Shown: positions 26,204-40,439, counted from the stretch's first letter. The stretch: DNA of 59,276 bases from Chiloscyllium plagiosum (GCF_004010195.1 NC_057720.1:33262172-33321447), one strand, 5' to 3'. Numbers and translations: made by a program. The notes: generated by a model not told the origin, from the letters alone.

Positions 26204-28632
26204 TGTTATGACTAGACGAAACCCCCTCAAGATATATTCAAAAGATAGTCCAGATGATAATTTTTCTTTATTTTAAAGGTGAGTATAAGGCATTGTGCTC
26301 TGGATGCAATTCAATCCATCAAACTATTATGCTGAGAGCCACAGAGTCATACAGATATACAGCATGGAAACAGACCCTTCAATCCAACTCGTCCATGCTG
26401 GCCAGATATCCTAAATAAATCTTGTCCCGTTTGCCAGCATTTGGCCCATACCCCTCCAAACTCTTCATATTCATATACCCATCCAGATGCCTCTACCACT
26501 TCCTCTGGCAGCCCATTCCATAAATACACCATCTTTTCCTTAAAAAAGCTGTCCCTTAGGCCACTTGTAAATCTTTCCCCTCTCATCTTAAACCTATGCC
26601 CTCTAGTTCTGGGCTCCTCACCCCAGAGAAAAGACTTTGTCTATTTACCCTATCCATGCCCCTCATGATTGTATAAACCTTTATAACGCCACCGCTCAGC
26701 CTCCGATGCTCCAGGGAAAATTGCTCCAGGATATTCAGCCTTTCCATGTAGATCAAACCCACCAACCCTGGCAACATCCTTGTAAATCTTTTCTGAGCCC
26801 TTTCAAGTTTCACAACATCCTTCCGATAGGAAGGAGATCAGAATTGCATGCAATATTCCAACAGTGGCCTAATCAATGTCCTGTACAGCCGCAACATGAC
26901 CTCCCAACTCCTGTACTCAATACTCTGATCAATAAAGGAAAGCATACCAAACGCCTTCTTCACTATCCTAACTACCTGCGACTCCACTTTCAAGGAGCTA
27001 TGAACCTTCATTCCAAGGTCTCTTTGTTCAGCAGCACTATCTAAGACCTTACCATTAATTGTATAAATCCTGCTAAGATTTACTTTCCCAAAATGCAGCA
27101 CCTCACATTTATCTAAATTAAACTGCATCTGCCTCTCCTCAGCCCATTGGCCCATCTGATTAAGATCCCATTGTAGTCTGAGGTAACCTTCTTCACTGTC
27201 CACTAAACCTCCAATTTTGGTGTCATCTGCAAACTTACTAACTGTAAGAACACTTAAATGCGTGGCTACAGGGATGGTGCAGGAGGGAGGGATTCCGGTT
27301 TTTTGACAAAAAGCAGTGGACCCAGCACTGATCCTTGTGGCACTCCACTGGTCACAGGCCTCCAGTCTGAAAAACATCTCTCCGAACCACCCTTTGTCTT
27401 CTACCTTTGAGCCAGTTCTATATCCACATATTCTCCTGGTATTCCATGCTAACCCTGGTTCTCCTGGTATTCCATGCTAACCCTACTAACTAGTCTACCA
27501 TGAAAAACCTTGATGAATGACTTACTGAAGTCCATATTGATCACGTCCACTGCTTTGCCCTCATTGATCCTCTGCATTACTTCTTCAAAAAAATTATTTC
27601 CCATGCTCAAAGCCATGTTAACTATCCCTTGCCTTTCCAAATACATGTAAATCCTATTCTTCAGGATTCTCTTCAAAAACTCGCCTGCCACAGATGTCAG
27701 GCTCACTGGTCAATAGTCCCCTGGCTTTTCCTTACCACCTTTCTTAAATAATGGCACCACAAAAGCCAACCTCCAGTCTTCTGGCATCTCGCCTGTGGCT
27801 ATTGATGATACAAAAATCTCAGGAAAGGGCCCAGCAATCACTTTCTAGATTCCCATCGAGTTCTAGAGTACACCTGATCAGGTCCTGGGGATTTATTCTT
27901 TTTTATGTGTTTTAAGATGTCCAGCATCTCCTCCTCTGTAATGTGGACATTTTTCAAAATGTCACTATTTATTTACCCACGTTTTCTATCTTCCATATCC
28001 TTCTTCACAGTAAACATTGATGCAAAATATTCGTTTAGTAACTCCCCATTTCCTGTGGTTCCACACATAGCCTGCCTTGCTGATCCTGAAGGGGCTCTCT
28101 TCTCTCCCCAGTTATCCTTTTGTCTTTAATTCTCTTCCTAATTACCCAAACAAATCACATTTAATCCTATAGTATAATTAAAATACAGACAAAATAAAAA
28201 GAAAATAAATGAATTGGCTTAACTGTAACTCTATTGAAATTACTACTATTACTTAACTGTTCTAATATAGTAACATCCCAAAAACACAGCCTTGGCAAAG
28301 GCAAATTTAGTAACATAGATTGTCTCACATGCAATTCTAGCAGCAGGAAGAGTACCCCAGCTTTTAGCTGTAACTGAGAGAGGATTAAGAGTTTCCAATC
28401 CAGCTTCAAGACCCCAGTAATTGATGCTGAAAGCTGAAACTAGAATAAATTCTGGTTGTGTGGGAGCTTGACTCCACCTATGCAGGCTGCTTCTATAGTT
28501 CCACTTTAAAAAGACTCAAGCCTCACAAGCTCTGTACTTTACTGGTTTTGGAGCAGACTGCTTGGTATCTCTGTCTCAACCTTTCTTCATAAAGCAAGTC
28601 AAGACAAAATACACCTCCATAGTGTCACCACA
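26204..28632 (-). mobile_element. Probable solo LTR split by a CR1 insertion
   Basis: Termini tgttatgac...gtcaccaca (imperfect inverted TG..CA); flanks ccag/cgag; one end resembles the 3' end of LTR 32198-32809. Confidence 0.5.
26335..28135 (-). mobile_element. CR1 LINE RT and 3' UTR
   Basis: ORFs SKFADDTKIGG, RPLLEYCMQF, LERAQKRFTRMLPG. Confidence 0.95.
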
Positions 28633-28914
28633 CGAGTCTCAATCCTTGTTTGCTCTTAAGTTCAGTCCTCTGATAACTTCCTTCTTATCATTTTTTTGTT
28701 AACTTGCCTGGTCCAGTCTGGCCTGAGACTCTGACTCAGACCATCTCTTCTCAGGTCACTGCTTCTTCACCCACAATGAAAGAAGGTCATTTCTGTGACT
28801 GAGAATTTCAATACAAATTATGGTTCTGGTTTTGGACATCTTAATAGAACTGTCCAAACAATTAAAATGATTTACCTGCAGGGGAGCCACAGGGAACTGA
28901 AAGATATTAACTGC

Positions 28915-29518
28915 ACATCCTGATAAACTGGGGTAACTTATTCAAGCAGAGGGTGGTGCGTGGATGGAATGAGCTGGCTGAGGAAGTCGTAGAGGCTGGT
29001 ACAATTACAACATTGTAGGGTGGCTCAGTGGTTAGTACTGCTGTCTCACAGTGCAAGGGACCCAGGTTTGATTCCAACTTTGGACCACTGTCTGTGAGGA
29101 GTTTGCACATTCTCCCCATGTCTGTGTGGGTTTCCTCTGGGTGCTGCATTTTCCTCCTACAATCCAAAGATGTGCAGGTTAGGTGAATTGACCATGTTAA
29201 ATTGCCCATAGTGTTTAGGGATGTGTAGGTTACATGCATTAGTTGGGGTAAATACATGATAATAGAATAGGGGAAAGGGGCTGAGTGGGGTACCACGGAG
29301 GATCGGTGTGGACTTGTTGGGCTGAAGGGTCTGTTTCCACACTGTAGGGATTCCATTTAAAAGGCATCTGGATTGGTACCTGAATAGGAAGGTTTTAGAG
29401 CGACATGGGCCAAATACTGGCTAATGCGACTAAATTAATTTAGGAATATCTGGTTGGCATGGATGAGTTGGATCAAAGGGTCTGTTTCTGTGCTGTACAA
29501 CTCTATGACGCTATAACT
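28915..29518 (+). mobile_element. CR1 3' end with nested SINE
   Basis: CR1 text ggctggtacaattacaacatt...taaaaggcatctgga is interrupted at about 29015. Confidence 0.85.
29017..29355 (+). mobile_element. HE1/V-SINE-like SINE
   Basis: ggtggctcagtggttagtactgctgtctcacag head; same core as 20200-20485. Confidence 0.9.
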
Positions 29519-30140
29519 CTCACCATTCCATTGTCAAAGCACCTCATGAAGTTAGTCAAACATGATCTTCTTTCTAACAAATTCATCTTGAGTTTCATTT
29601 ATTCAACTGCACTTTTTTCCAAGTGCTGATTTATTTTGTCTCAGAACATTGTCCCCATTCATAAACTACTCACTGGAATATTGGTTGTACACTGCTCCTG
29701 ACATATCTGTTTCTTTCCTGAACAGCTGTTTTTCATGTGTAAACCCAGTTAGTGTGTGTTGGCAAACTCTATACAATGTCAAATGATTTTCTTACCAGAA
29801 GTGGGAGCTCTGAAAAAGTTTTTCCACTCTCCACTGAGTGTCATATCGGTGACATTTACATTGTTTTCCATTTCATCAATAATTTGTTAAATGCTGGGTG
29901 AAAAAGACCCTTTCAATGAGTCAAGAGAAAATCAAAATGTAAATTAGTTCCACTTGATTCCTGAGCTTTTTTGAATTAACTTAGATGGGATAGTTCAGAA
30001 CTGATACAATTGGCTTCAGTTCCCCAAGATCTTGAAAAATGCTTGATTCCAGGTCCTGCACGCTCTCCAAAATCCCTGCAGAAAAATACATTTACGGGAG
30101 ATTTTGGTTAACAAATCAGGCAGAATAACATGCCATTGTA

Positions 30141-30803
30141 AGCTATGGGTCAGTTGGTAACATTCCTGTTTTTGTGTCAGAAGGTTGTGGTTCAAGTTCC
30201 ACTGCAAATCCTGAATACATAAGTCAAGACTGACACTTCAGTGTTCTCCATGCAAATCCTGTACTATCAGAAGTGCTGTCTTCCAGAAGAAATGATAAAC
30301 CAAAGGGCCTACCAGTCGGTGAAAATTGGTTATTGCTACTCAAAGGGTCACTGAAGTGGAGGGTCAGACATAGACTAAGACACTGTAGCAGCACTGGATC
30401 TGGTCAGCTACAATTTGTGGAATACTAGACATGTTGCAAAAGACTGTGTATCAGCACATCATTAAGGGGCTGACGATGCTGAATACAGAAATGGACACTT
30501 ACATTCCAAATCAATGGTAAATCTGCATTCCCAGCTGGATGTGGATCCATGGCACTATTTTGAAGAAGAGCAGAAGATTTTCTGTCTGATGTCCTGGCCA
30601 ATTTTGTTCCTCAATCAATATCACACATTATATGGTTATTACCACATTGCTGTTTGTGGGAAACTAATGCATTCAAATTATCAGCTATATTATTACATTT
30701 CTTACATTATAGCAGTAACTTTACTTCAAAAACATTTTACTGGCTGTAAAATACTTGTAGCCCATGGTCTCGAACAGTGCTGTATAAATAAAAGTTTTTT
30801 TTT
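30141..30803 (+). mobile_element. DeuSINE-like (SacSINE1/AmnSINE1-related) element, apparently interrupted at about 30310-30520
   Basis: Deu-domain-like gatccatggcactattttgaagaagagcag...tgtcctggccaa...cacattgctgtttgtggg; tRNA-like head with ggttcaagttcc. Confidence 0.7.
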
Positions 30804-31204
30804 ACTCCCATCACTGTTCACTATTTAGATGAACAATGCACATTTAGGAATTAGAAGTGAAATTTCAAAGTTTATAGATGTCACTAAATTATATGGTATA
30901 ATTGCTACACAGGAGGGACTGCAATATTCACAGGAAGACCAGAAGTAGGGAGTCATCATATAAAATTATCCCTAATGAATACAATTGGGAATTTAAGAGA
31001 AACTTCTTTACCCAGATAATGGCTAGACTGTAGAACTTCCTACCAGAACAAATAGTAGAGGGAAATAGATGCTTTTCTGGGTAAATAGAAAACAACACAA
31101 GGGAAAAAGGAACAGAAGATTGTTTTTGATGCTGAATGAGGAAGGAAAGGAATGGCTTGTGTAGAGCAGTTTACAAGCATGGACTTGCTGGGCTGAATAG
31201 CCTT

Positions 31205-31610
31205 ACTTAGAGATGAAACAGGTTTTAAGAAAGTTTGGAAAGTAGGGAAGGAGTGGAAAGAACAAAAGAGAAAGTCTGCGATAGTGTGGAAAGCGGGAGA
31301 GACTAAATAACAAAATGGATAATAAGTGGAAGACAGAAAGAGATTATAATGGTACAAGTAGAAAAAACAAAATACATAAGCAAGAGCTGCAAATACGAAA
31401 AGAAGAATAATCATTTATAGCTGTTATCCTAAACATTGAGGCAGAGATTATGATCTGAATTAGTTGAACTTGTTGTTGAGTTTGCGCTGAGAAGGCTGTA
31501 GTGCCTTACTGAAAGATGAGATATTTCTTAAGGTAACATTGAACTTCATTAAAACAGTGTAGATAACAGAGACAGAATGGTCAGAGTGCAAATGGAGTGG
31601 AGAATTAACT
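31205..31610 (-). mobile_element. Highly degenerate Penelope-like 3' region
   Basis: Purine-rich tract followed by sequence resembling 10440-10600. Confidence 0.35.
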
Positions 31611-31626
31611 ATCTTTTTGCATTTCT

Positions 31627-31627
31627 T

Positions 31628-31662
<35 letters not shown>
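31627..31662. repeat. Compound (TC)n(CA)n microsatellite
   Basis: Direct reading. Confidence 0.95.
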
Positions 31663-32197
31663 ATTTCTGGATTGATATAGAAAAGGAACAGACAATGACA
31701 TACTACAGACCTATGTGTATTAAACAGGAAGCATGTAATAAAAAGTTTTTAAAATCATAACACACATTAGTCTGTCTAATAAAAACATACATATAAAGAT
31801 ATAAGGGAAAAGATCTACTTGTCTATTTCAGCAGACTCCACCTTCATCTCGAGTGAGAATCTTTAATACGACAATAACTTCAATTTAGGTAGCACCTTCA
31901 ATATAGAAAACTGACCCACGACATTTCACAAAAGCATGATGAGACAAAAGAAAGGGAATACCAAGCCAAAAAAGCATAAATAGCCTATCCAATTATCAAT
32001 TATTTTCTTTGTACATTTAAATCAAAAAATTATAATTGTTATGTGTCAGAAACCCAAAGTACTTCTGACATTTTTAACTCGTAATTCCAAAATTTATTTT
32101 AGAAGAGGACTGATATAGTTAAAAATGGTTGTGGATGTAAATTAAGTGGCTGACTGATGAAAGGGAGAGAGAGAGGCCCATAGATTGTCACACCTAA

Positions 32198-32809
32198 TGT
32201 CACAAAGCTGCCCCCTTTTTTCTAAAAGCTGTTCCTTTTCTCCTGGATATTGTGTCCTTGATATTTTTTTCAGGGGGGTCATAAACACTCCCAGTGCCGA
32301 TTAGACTGGTTTGGTACAGAGATTAAAGGGTATCGAGAGGACCTTTTGTTTATATGTAAACAGATTAGACTTCAGTCCAAAATGGTTATGTCTTAGGAGT
32401 GACCTGTATAATGAAAGGGGAGTGGTCAGCTCTCTAGCTGAGCAGTTCAGTCCAGAACTAGTTAGGAGCTCAGCTGTGTGGGGCCTCTCTCTCTCTCTTT
32501 CTGCCCTTCTAACTTCAACCTGACTGTCTTTTAAGAGGGTTTGCTTATTGGGACTGTTATGTATATTCAGAACAGCATAATTAAGTCTAGCTTGGATAGA
32601 CTTAGTTCTGTAGGGGTTCTTTATTCTGTTCCTTGTATTTCATTGTGTAGTTTTGTGAATAAATTTCTGTCTGTTTTAAAACCTGGTAGTCAACCTATCT
32701 AACTTACTCTGGGTAATTTTCACTGTATACTTACCAAAACAAATTGCAAAGTTAGAGTCTAGGTTGCCTGCTCAAGAATGTTTTAAGTAGTCTGGCCTAG
32801 TCCAGAACA
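32198..32809 (+). mobile_element. Solo LTR
   Basis: TG...CA ends; flanks cctaa/cttaa (5 bp, 1 mismatch); TATA-like tgtataat at about 32405; AATAAA 32658-32663. Confidence 0.65.
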
Positions 32810-33699
32810 CTTAACACATGAAGGAAACTTCAAACAATAACCAAAGAAGGAAAAGGCAAGTCAAAATGGACTGGACTGTGTTCTTTTATGACTACAACAA
32901 TAACAAGGATGTGATGAGCTCCTTCAGATGATGTCCTAAACACTTTGTGTTATTTTCCCTTTAGAGAATACAAAAAGACAGGAGTTAAAAATAAAGTTTC
33001 AGCCCTACATCAGTGTGCTCTTGGGACTGCATGCTTATACAGTGATTTGATCTGACAAATGAAATGAATATGAATTGTCACCTCAAAATCAATTTAAAAA
33101 GAACTGCAAAAGGCTTTCTTAAGATTATACTGTGAAACAATTGAAATGTCTTTATGTGAGGCCATTTTGTTCTGACCAGAATTAGTGAAATAACTTTCAA
33201 GGATTTAAAATTCCTGTCCTTTGAATAGTTAAAAGATTTATTGAGAAACTCAGCCAAGAGCCAGAAAAACCCAAAATTTTGTATGGAGTAATTGATGGCT
33301 TACAGGTGGAAAATGAGGACAAGGAAACAGATAAAATAGTATTAGAAAATATTAAAATTAGAGCAGCAGAAATTAGAACTTCAACAGAAAGAAAAGGAAC
33401 AAGAAATAGAGTAAGGATAGAAAAGAGAAGAACAAGGAAGGAGGAAAAATAAAATTTCAAAAAAACTGTAAGAAATGTAGTTGAGCTAAGATGGTTCAAG
33501 TGGAGGAGCAGGAACCCTACAGTATCCATGAAGATGTCACTAGCTCAGACTTGAGGGTGGAGGCAACTTGGTTTGCTAAGCTTGAGAGGGCAGAGGTAGA
33601 AACTTTTGGAATTACAGTACTGGCAAAATTATAAGAAAAGTATTGATTAAACTGCAAGAGAAAAAATAATAAACAGGTGAATAAAGCTTCAGTGTTGAG

Positions 33700-36600
33700 G
33701 GGCAGCTTACATGGACCAAATAAGAATTCTACATAAAAATGTATGGAGTGTAAGGAATACATTAAATGGGCTGCAGGCACAACTTCCAAATTGAAGATTA
33801 TGATGTAGAAACCATTATTGAGACATGGCTGCAGGATGGTCGGGATTGAGAACTAAATATACCAGGGTTTAAGGTTTATAGGACAGACAGGGAAAAAGAC
33901 GGAGGAGTGGAGAAGTCTTAGTGATTAGAAGCAAAATTACTTAATTGGTGAGGGAGAATATAATGAGGGAAAAGCATTCAGTGGAGACCATATGGATCAA
34001 ACCGAGAACAGTAAAGGATCTAAAAGTATAATAAGTGTTGTTTATAGACCCCTTGGTAGCAGCTCTATAGTGCTGAATTGGATACATGCAGGAATTAGGT
34101 AAATATCTACCAAAACCAGGGTATTACAAATAGGAGCTTTTAAACATATATATTGATTGAAAAATGTTTTTTTTTACAAAAAAAGTTATAAAAGTACAAA
34201 AATACCTGAAATAATACCACATTATTATATTACATTAATGTTAACAATAAACTACCTACTACTCTTCAAGATACAAACATCACATATTTACTTAACTTAA
34301 CCCAAGTTAAAAATAAACTCAAATTAAATGGAATAGTTTTAAGTTAAATTACAGTCCAATAAGATTAAATTACATTACATTACACCACAATGCATTACTC
34401 CACTCGCCGCACCTCAACCAAAGCTCCAGTCCACAGGAATGACAATTATTATGTCAGTATTTACTAGGCCTCCCATCCACCCCCCCCCCCCCCACCCCAA
34501 GGTCCCTGGACCACCATATGCAGTCCTTGCGGCTATATAAAGGCCCTAATCAGTATCCCTGATAGATCCATGACTATGTAATTTAGAAAGGGCTGCCATG
34601 TCTTATAAAATTGCTCACCGTACTCATCAGATAATCTTGCAGCACGTGCTCCATCACAAGTCTGCGCCACCCCACAAGACCTGGAGATTTGTCTAATATC
34701 CAATTCATTAGAATGTTCTTCCTCGCACTGTGTAAGAATGTTAAATAACCTCTTCCCATGCTCAACCATAGAGGGCAAATATGGTAGTCCCAAAAGAAGG
34801 GATACCAGATCCACTTCAACTTCAATTCCTAGGATCTTCTCCAGCGCATTTAATATGGCATCCGTGGATCTTGTAGCAGGACCAAAAGCAATGTGTAAGG
34901 GTGCCTACACTGATTTTACATTTGGGACATTTTGGAGAAGATTCTTCTTTAAACTTTGCTAACCTCTCTGGTGCCATGTGGGCCCTGTGAAGGATCTTCA
35001 ATTGCATAGCTTGTGCTTTATTGCATATTGAAATTTTCTTTACATTCCCCCATATATCCTCCTAACTCCTGATTCCAGATCCCGTGGAGTCTCTCCATAT
35101 CTCCCAAAGCGCTCCCTCTCTGCAGATGATATATAGTATTAACTGAAAGAGCTCCCCCACATCTGAGCACTCTTTCTGTATTCGATTTGTAGGGCTGGGC
35201 CAAGAGTGTGGTTGTCTTCTATATATAATCCCTAACCTGGAAACATCAGAATAGGTCCCTATGACAAATCCCATATTTCTGACTTGATTAATTGAAAGAC
35301 ATCAAGACTTCTCCCTAAAATAAATCTCCCAAACAGGAGATTCCCTTACCCTCTCATGTTCTAAAGCCAGAATTCATTGTCCCAGGTCTAAATCCTGGGG
35401 GTTCCTCTAATGGGGTGAATGGCCAAGTTTTAAGCAAAGTGCCCAGACCCTGCCGCATTATCCTCCATTTTTTCACTGTATTTATAATAATTGGCTCTCA
35501 TAGTGCTCAGCCACAGATATCATTTTGTCCATACACAGTAAGTTGATGAGGGGAAATCTTGCCTGCGAGGCCTTCACGTCAACCCGAATCGACCTCTTGT
35601 CCTTATGCCCCCATTCACCCACAGGGCACCGATTTGGTATCTTTCCAGATCTGGGAGGTCCACCCTGCCATCCCCATATGCTGCAGAAGTTGCAGCTTGG
35701 TAAATTTAATTCGGGGGTGCCTACGGCACCAAATAAAGAACATTCATTTTAATCAAGGCTATATGGCCTAACCATGATGTGGGTAATCCCTCCCACCACT
35801 GCAAATTCTGCTTTATTCTCTCAAACAATTGTATGAATTTAGCTTTGTATAGCTGATGGAAGGTAGGGATAATAAAGATTCCCAGATAGAGAAAACCTTG
35901 TTGTGACCACCTAAAAGGAAACTCCATTCCGTCCTCCAGCTTCAGAACTTCCACCAATCCCCCCAACAGCCATCACTTCCAACTTTGCAAAATTTATCTT
36001 GTATCCTGAAAAATTGTCAAATAGTTTAAGTTTTTGTATTAGCTGGGGTATGGAATTTTCCGGGTTAGCCAAAACAGAAAGACATCATCCATATAAAGAG
36101 TAATTTTGTGTTCCCAATTCCCACCATTGGTGTCACTATTTCAGGGTCCTTTTGGATGGCCTCTGTCAACAGCTCAATTACCAGGGTAAACAGAAGTGGC
36201 AAGAGAGGACATCCCACTCTAAAATTGCTTGATTTGACACCAGTTGTGATAACCACCATCTTGGGGTCTCTATGTAACACTGCCACCCACCTGGCGAAGG
36301 CCCTTCCTCCAGACCAATGCAATCTAGAACATCAAAGAGATAAGATCATTCCATCCGATCAAAAGTCTTTTCTGCATCCAGGGAGACCACCAAACTCGGA
36401 ATCATTCTCTGCTGACATATTTGCACTATATTCAATTCCCGACTGATATTATTGGAAGAGCTGCGGCCCTTGATAAAACCTGTCTGGTCTTCTTTTATAG
36501 TAATGGGCAACAACTCTTCCAACCTCAGAGCCAGCACCTTTGATAAAAGTTTGAAGTCTACATTCAATAATGAGATTGGTCTGTATGATGCACAATCCTC

Positions 36601-38490
36601 AGGGTCTTTTCTTTAAAATAAGGGAGATATTGGCTTCCCTGAGGGAGGGCGGAGAGTAGTCCAAGATATACGAATGACTATACATCTCCAGGATGGCTCA
36701 GTTAACGTGTATAAACTCCTTGTAAAATTCACTCACTAAAGGCTGAAAGAAGGGACATTGTCAATGACTATGGAGAAATGGCAGAGATGGTGAATAATTA
36801 CTTTGCCTCAGTATTTACAGTAGTAAAGGAGGATAGCTTGCCAGAAATCCTGAGGAAATTAATAGTGAATTGAGAACAGGGACTGAGCAAAATAAACTTA
36901 ACTAAAACATCAGTAATGAAGAAATTAATGGAATTAAAACATAACAAATCCACAGGTCCTGACGTTTTGCATCTGAGGGTGTTAAAGAAAGTAGGGAGTA
37001 CATTGTAGACATCATAACTCTAATCTTTCTGAGTTCTTTCCTTACATACATGATTTGTTCCTCTGGCTTGGAAAATTGCACATGTCACTCCATACTTTAA
37101 GAAGGGTGAAAGAGGAAAATCAGGGAATTACAGATCAGTTAGCCTAACATCTGTGGTTGGAAAGTTGTTGAAGCCTCATCAAGAACGAGGTAACTAAACA
37201 CCTTAAATATTCAGTTAATCAGACCAAGGCAGTATAGATTCATGACAAGTACGTCATGCCTGACAAATTTTGTTGAATATTTTGAAGAGGTGACTAGAGT
37301 AGTGACAGGCAAAATGCTATGCATGTTGCTTACATGGATTATAGAAAACATTTGATAAAATCCCATATAAAAGGCTGCTAACTAAGGTAGAAGCTACAAA
37401 TGTGAGGTCAAATTACTGACAGGGCTGGGGAATTGGTTGAGTGACAAGTGACAGAAAGTAGGGATAATGGGTAGGTCCTCACAATGGAAGGATATGACTA
37501 GTGGTGTTACACAAAGATCTGTCAGTGCCTTAATTATTCACATTAGTTATTGACAACCTGGATAATATCATGAGGTCATATATCCAAATTTGCAGATAGC
37601 ATAAAATTAGACAGCATTGTCGACAGTGTAGATGATACCATAAAATTATAAAGGGATATTGATGGCCTAAGCGAATGGGCAAAACTGTAGTAGACAGAGT
37701 TCAGTGTAAGCAAGTGTGAATTTTTTGTTTTGAACTGAAAAAGCATGGAGCAGGGTACTTTTTAGATGGTATGCAGTTAAATACAATGGATGTCCAAAGC
37801 ATCTGGGAGGTTCAGGATCATAGATCTTTAAAATGTCAGGAACAGGTACAGAAAATAATCAAGAGAGCTAAAAGAATACTGGACTTTATATCTAAAGGAC
37901 TGGAGCACTGTACACAGATGTAGGTGTTATGCTGCAGTTACACAACACTCTAGTTAGATGCCAGTTGGAGTACTGTGAGCAGATCTGGGCACCATACCTT
38001 AGGAAGGACATATCAGCCTTGGAGGGAGTAAAACATAGGTTACAAGAATGATACCTGGACATCAGGGGATAAGTAATGAGGAAAGATTACACAAATTAGG
38101 TTTGTTTTCTTTAGAATTTAGAAGAATCAAGGGTTATCTGATCCAAATTCTTCAAGATATTAACAGGAAAAGACAGGGTAATAAACTAATTACACTGTTT
38201 GGGGTTTCTAGAATTAGGGGATGAAGTCTGAGAATTAGGGTGAGATCATTCAGGAGAGATGTTAGGAAGTGCTACTACACAAAAAAAGGTGGTAGATGTT
38301 TGGAAACCTCTTCCACAAATAGCAATGAACGCTGATCAGCTGTTAATTTTAAACCTGAGATAGATAAATTTTTGTTAAGCAAAAGTATTCAGAGATATGG
38401 GCCAAAGGCAGGTATATGGAGTTGGGCCACAGATCAACCATGATCTCAGACTCAAGAGGCTGAATGGCCTACTCCTGTTGCTATGGTCTT
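33700..38490 (+). mobile_element. Old CR1 LINE (endonuclease start 33700-34160; RT and tail 36737-38490), split by an L1 insertion
   Basis: attgagacatggct (ETWL) and tatagacccc (YRP) motifs; RT-like text from 36737; CR1 tail gaatggcctactcctg. Confidence 0.8.
34165..36735 (-). mobile_element. L1-clade LINE ORF2, decayed (RT to C-terminal zinc knuckle and 3' UTR)
   Basis: ORFs NVDFKLLSKVLALRL..DQTGFIKGR..SLDAEKTFDR, GCPLLPLLF, FLYLGI, CPKCKISVGTLTHCFWSC. Confidence 0.92.
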
Positions 38491-39959
38491 TATTATTTTT
38501 GAGTAAGCAGCACAGCAGCCAAATTGATCAGTCCAACACTGATCTTCATTACTCCAAAGTAAGCTTTGTGACCTATCCGGGCAATTTTCCACACTGCCGG
38601 GGTAGGTGCCAATGCTGTAACTATACTGGAACAGCTTTGCCAGGGACATAGCTAGTTTTAGAGCACAAATCTTCAGTATTATTTCCAGCATGTTATCAGG
38701 GCTCAAAGTCTTCTTGGTATCCAGTACCTTCAGCCATTTCTCAGTAATTCTATTATTGCATGGCTCTGTATGAACAAATGGTAAAGTATCCTATCATTCT
38801 TCTCAAAAATATTGAAATGTCCTGGCAGCTGTAGGGGGATGGTTGGGTGAAGGATAATAAAGGCAGTGACCCAGCTGAATTTAGTGAACTTGCTTATGGA
38901 CATTTCCTTACCATCAAGCCCATAGTTCTGTTTTGACTTACTTACCACTTGTCTTTAAAATAAAAATCTAAATTCAGATTTCCTTGTATCAAAACCAAAA
39001 TGATTTCTAGTCTGAAACAATTATCACTGTCTAGGCTGAACGCATTAACACAATCTTGGACACAGGTTCATCCACTCTGTCCTGTCACTTATCATGTGCT
39101 TGGTGGCCTCAGAAGTCTTCCTTTAATGATGACATTAATCTAGCACTGCCCTCATTTCAGTGGTTGTCAGTGAAGTCCTCCACCCCCGCAGAGGGTTGGT
39201 ACAGATTGTATTAATGATCCTGGATAGCACTGACAGCATCCTTCTGTTACTGAGAACCTGTTTATACTGCAGCAGTCAATGTGCATCTGATTTTTCTGAA
39301 AGTGCAGTGGGTTTTTCAATAAAATTGCCAATTGTTCATTGTGCTATGCTGCACTAATATATTGCATTCAATACAAATAATGTGAGTGCGTGGGTTCCCC
39401 TCTTATATAATGCATCAAATGGTGAGCTCTGGAGCACAAGCTAAGGCTTTGTCAGGGACAAAATAATAGAGGTTAATTTGCCCTCTCAGTTGCAGTGGAT
39501 ATTTGACTCAGGCAGACATAGATCCATATTTATATAAGGGAAAATTGAAAGGTTGCATACCTTTGAGGAACAAATGCCTATTGCTGGTAGCTTGGTGTGA
39601 AGGCTAGCATTGCAATCATTGCTAGCAAACTGAGACTTACTCTTCGTTGATATTCAAACAAGTTGCTCTTTGAGGATGAGGTGCACCAATCTCAAAAGGT
39701 TCGTCTGTGGTAAAGAGGGTAATTTTTCTAGAAGCTTGTAAAAGGCTCCAATACAAAGACATAACATTGAAACCATCAAGTTTGTTAGTGCAATTTGTTT
39801 AGGGGCCAAATCTAAAGCCACATCAAGCACATATATGGTTTAACTTGTGTAAATGGCTCTCTCATTCTTTTCCAATGAAAAATAGGTTCTGCTTCAGCAA
39901 TGATATGTGACAGAAAGTTCCACATTATAACTACACTATATAGAAAATATTTTTTTGTT

Positions 39960-40230
39960 ACAGAGTGTAGATTCAAACAGCATGGAAACAGACTCTTTGG
40001 TCCAACCTGTCCGCCTCGACCAGACATCCCAACCTGATCTAGTCGCATTTGCCAGCATTTGGCCCATATCCCTCTAAATGCTTCCCATTAATGTACCCAT
40101 CCAGCTGCCTTTTAAATGTTGTAATTATATCCGCCTCCACTACTTTCTCTCGCAGCTCATTCCATAAACACAACCCTCCTCTGCAAGAAAAAGTTATCCC
40201 CCAGATCCTTTTTAAATCATTTCCCTTTTA
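39960..40230 (-). mobile_element. CR1 3' UTR fragment
   Basis: Similar to 54155-54420. Confidence 0.8.
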
Positions 40231-40439
40231 CCTTTACACTTTCTACACATTGTTCCGATTGCACCTTTGGCTCCTTCGCTGTTTAAAATAAAATGTGACA
40301 TTTCATTGCCTTCTTAATAATCACCATTTTCTCTTTACTCCTTTCACCTCAACAAAAGATATTCTAGAAGATTGCTGTCAAACTAGCTACTTCATATTTT
40401 CAGCTCTAATGAAGAGTTTGTCGAGTTTCTCTTTGGAAC

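Noticed and set aside
27431..27484. 26-bp local duplication (also a ~36-bp duplication near 14911-14985)
   Set aside because: Ordinary slippage inside decayed LINEs
29796..30076. Minus-strand donor CTG/gtaag and acceptor ttttctgcag
   Set aside because: No single open frame links convincing splice sites
33197..33529. Hydrophobic 110-aa ORF
   Set aside because: Antisense reading of an A/G-rich tract at the 5' side of an old CR1
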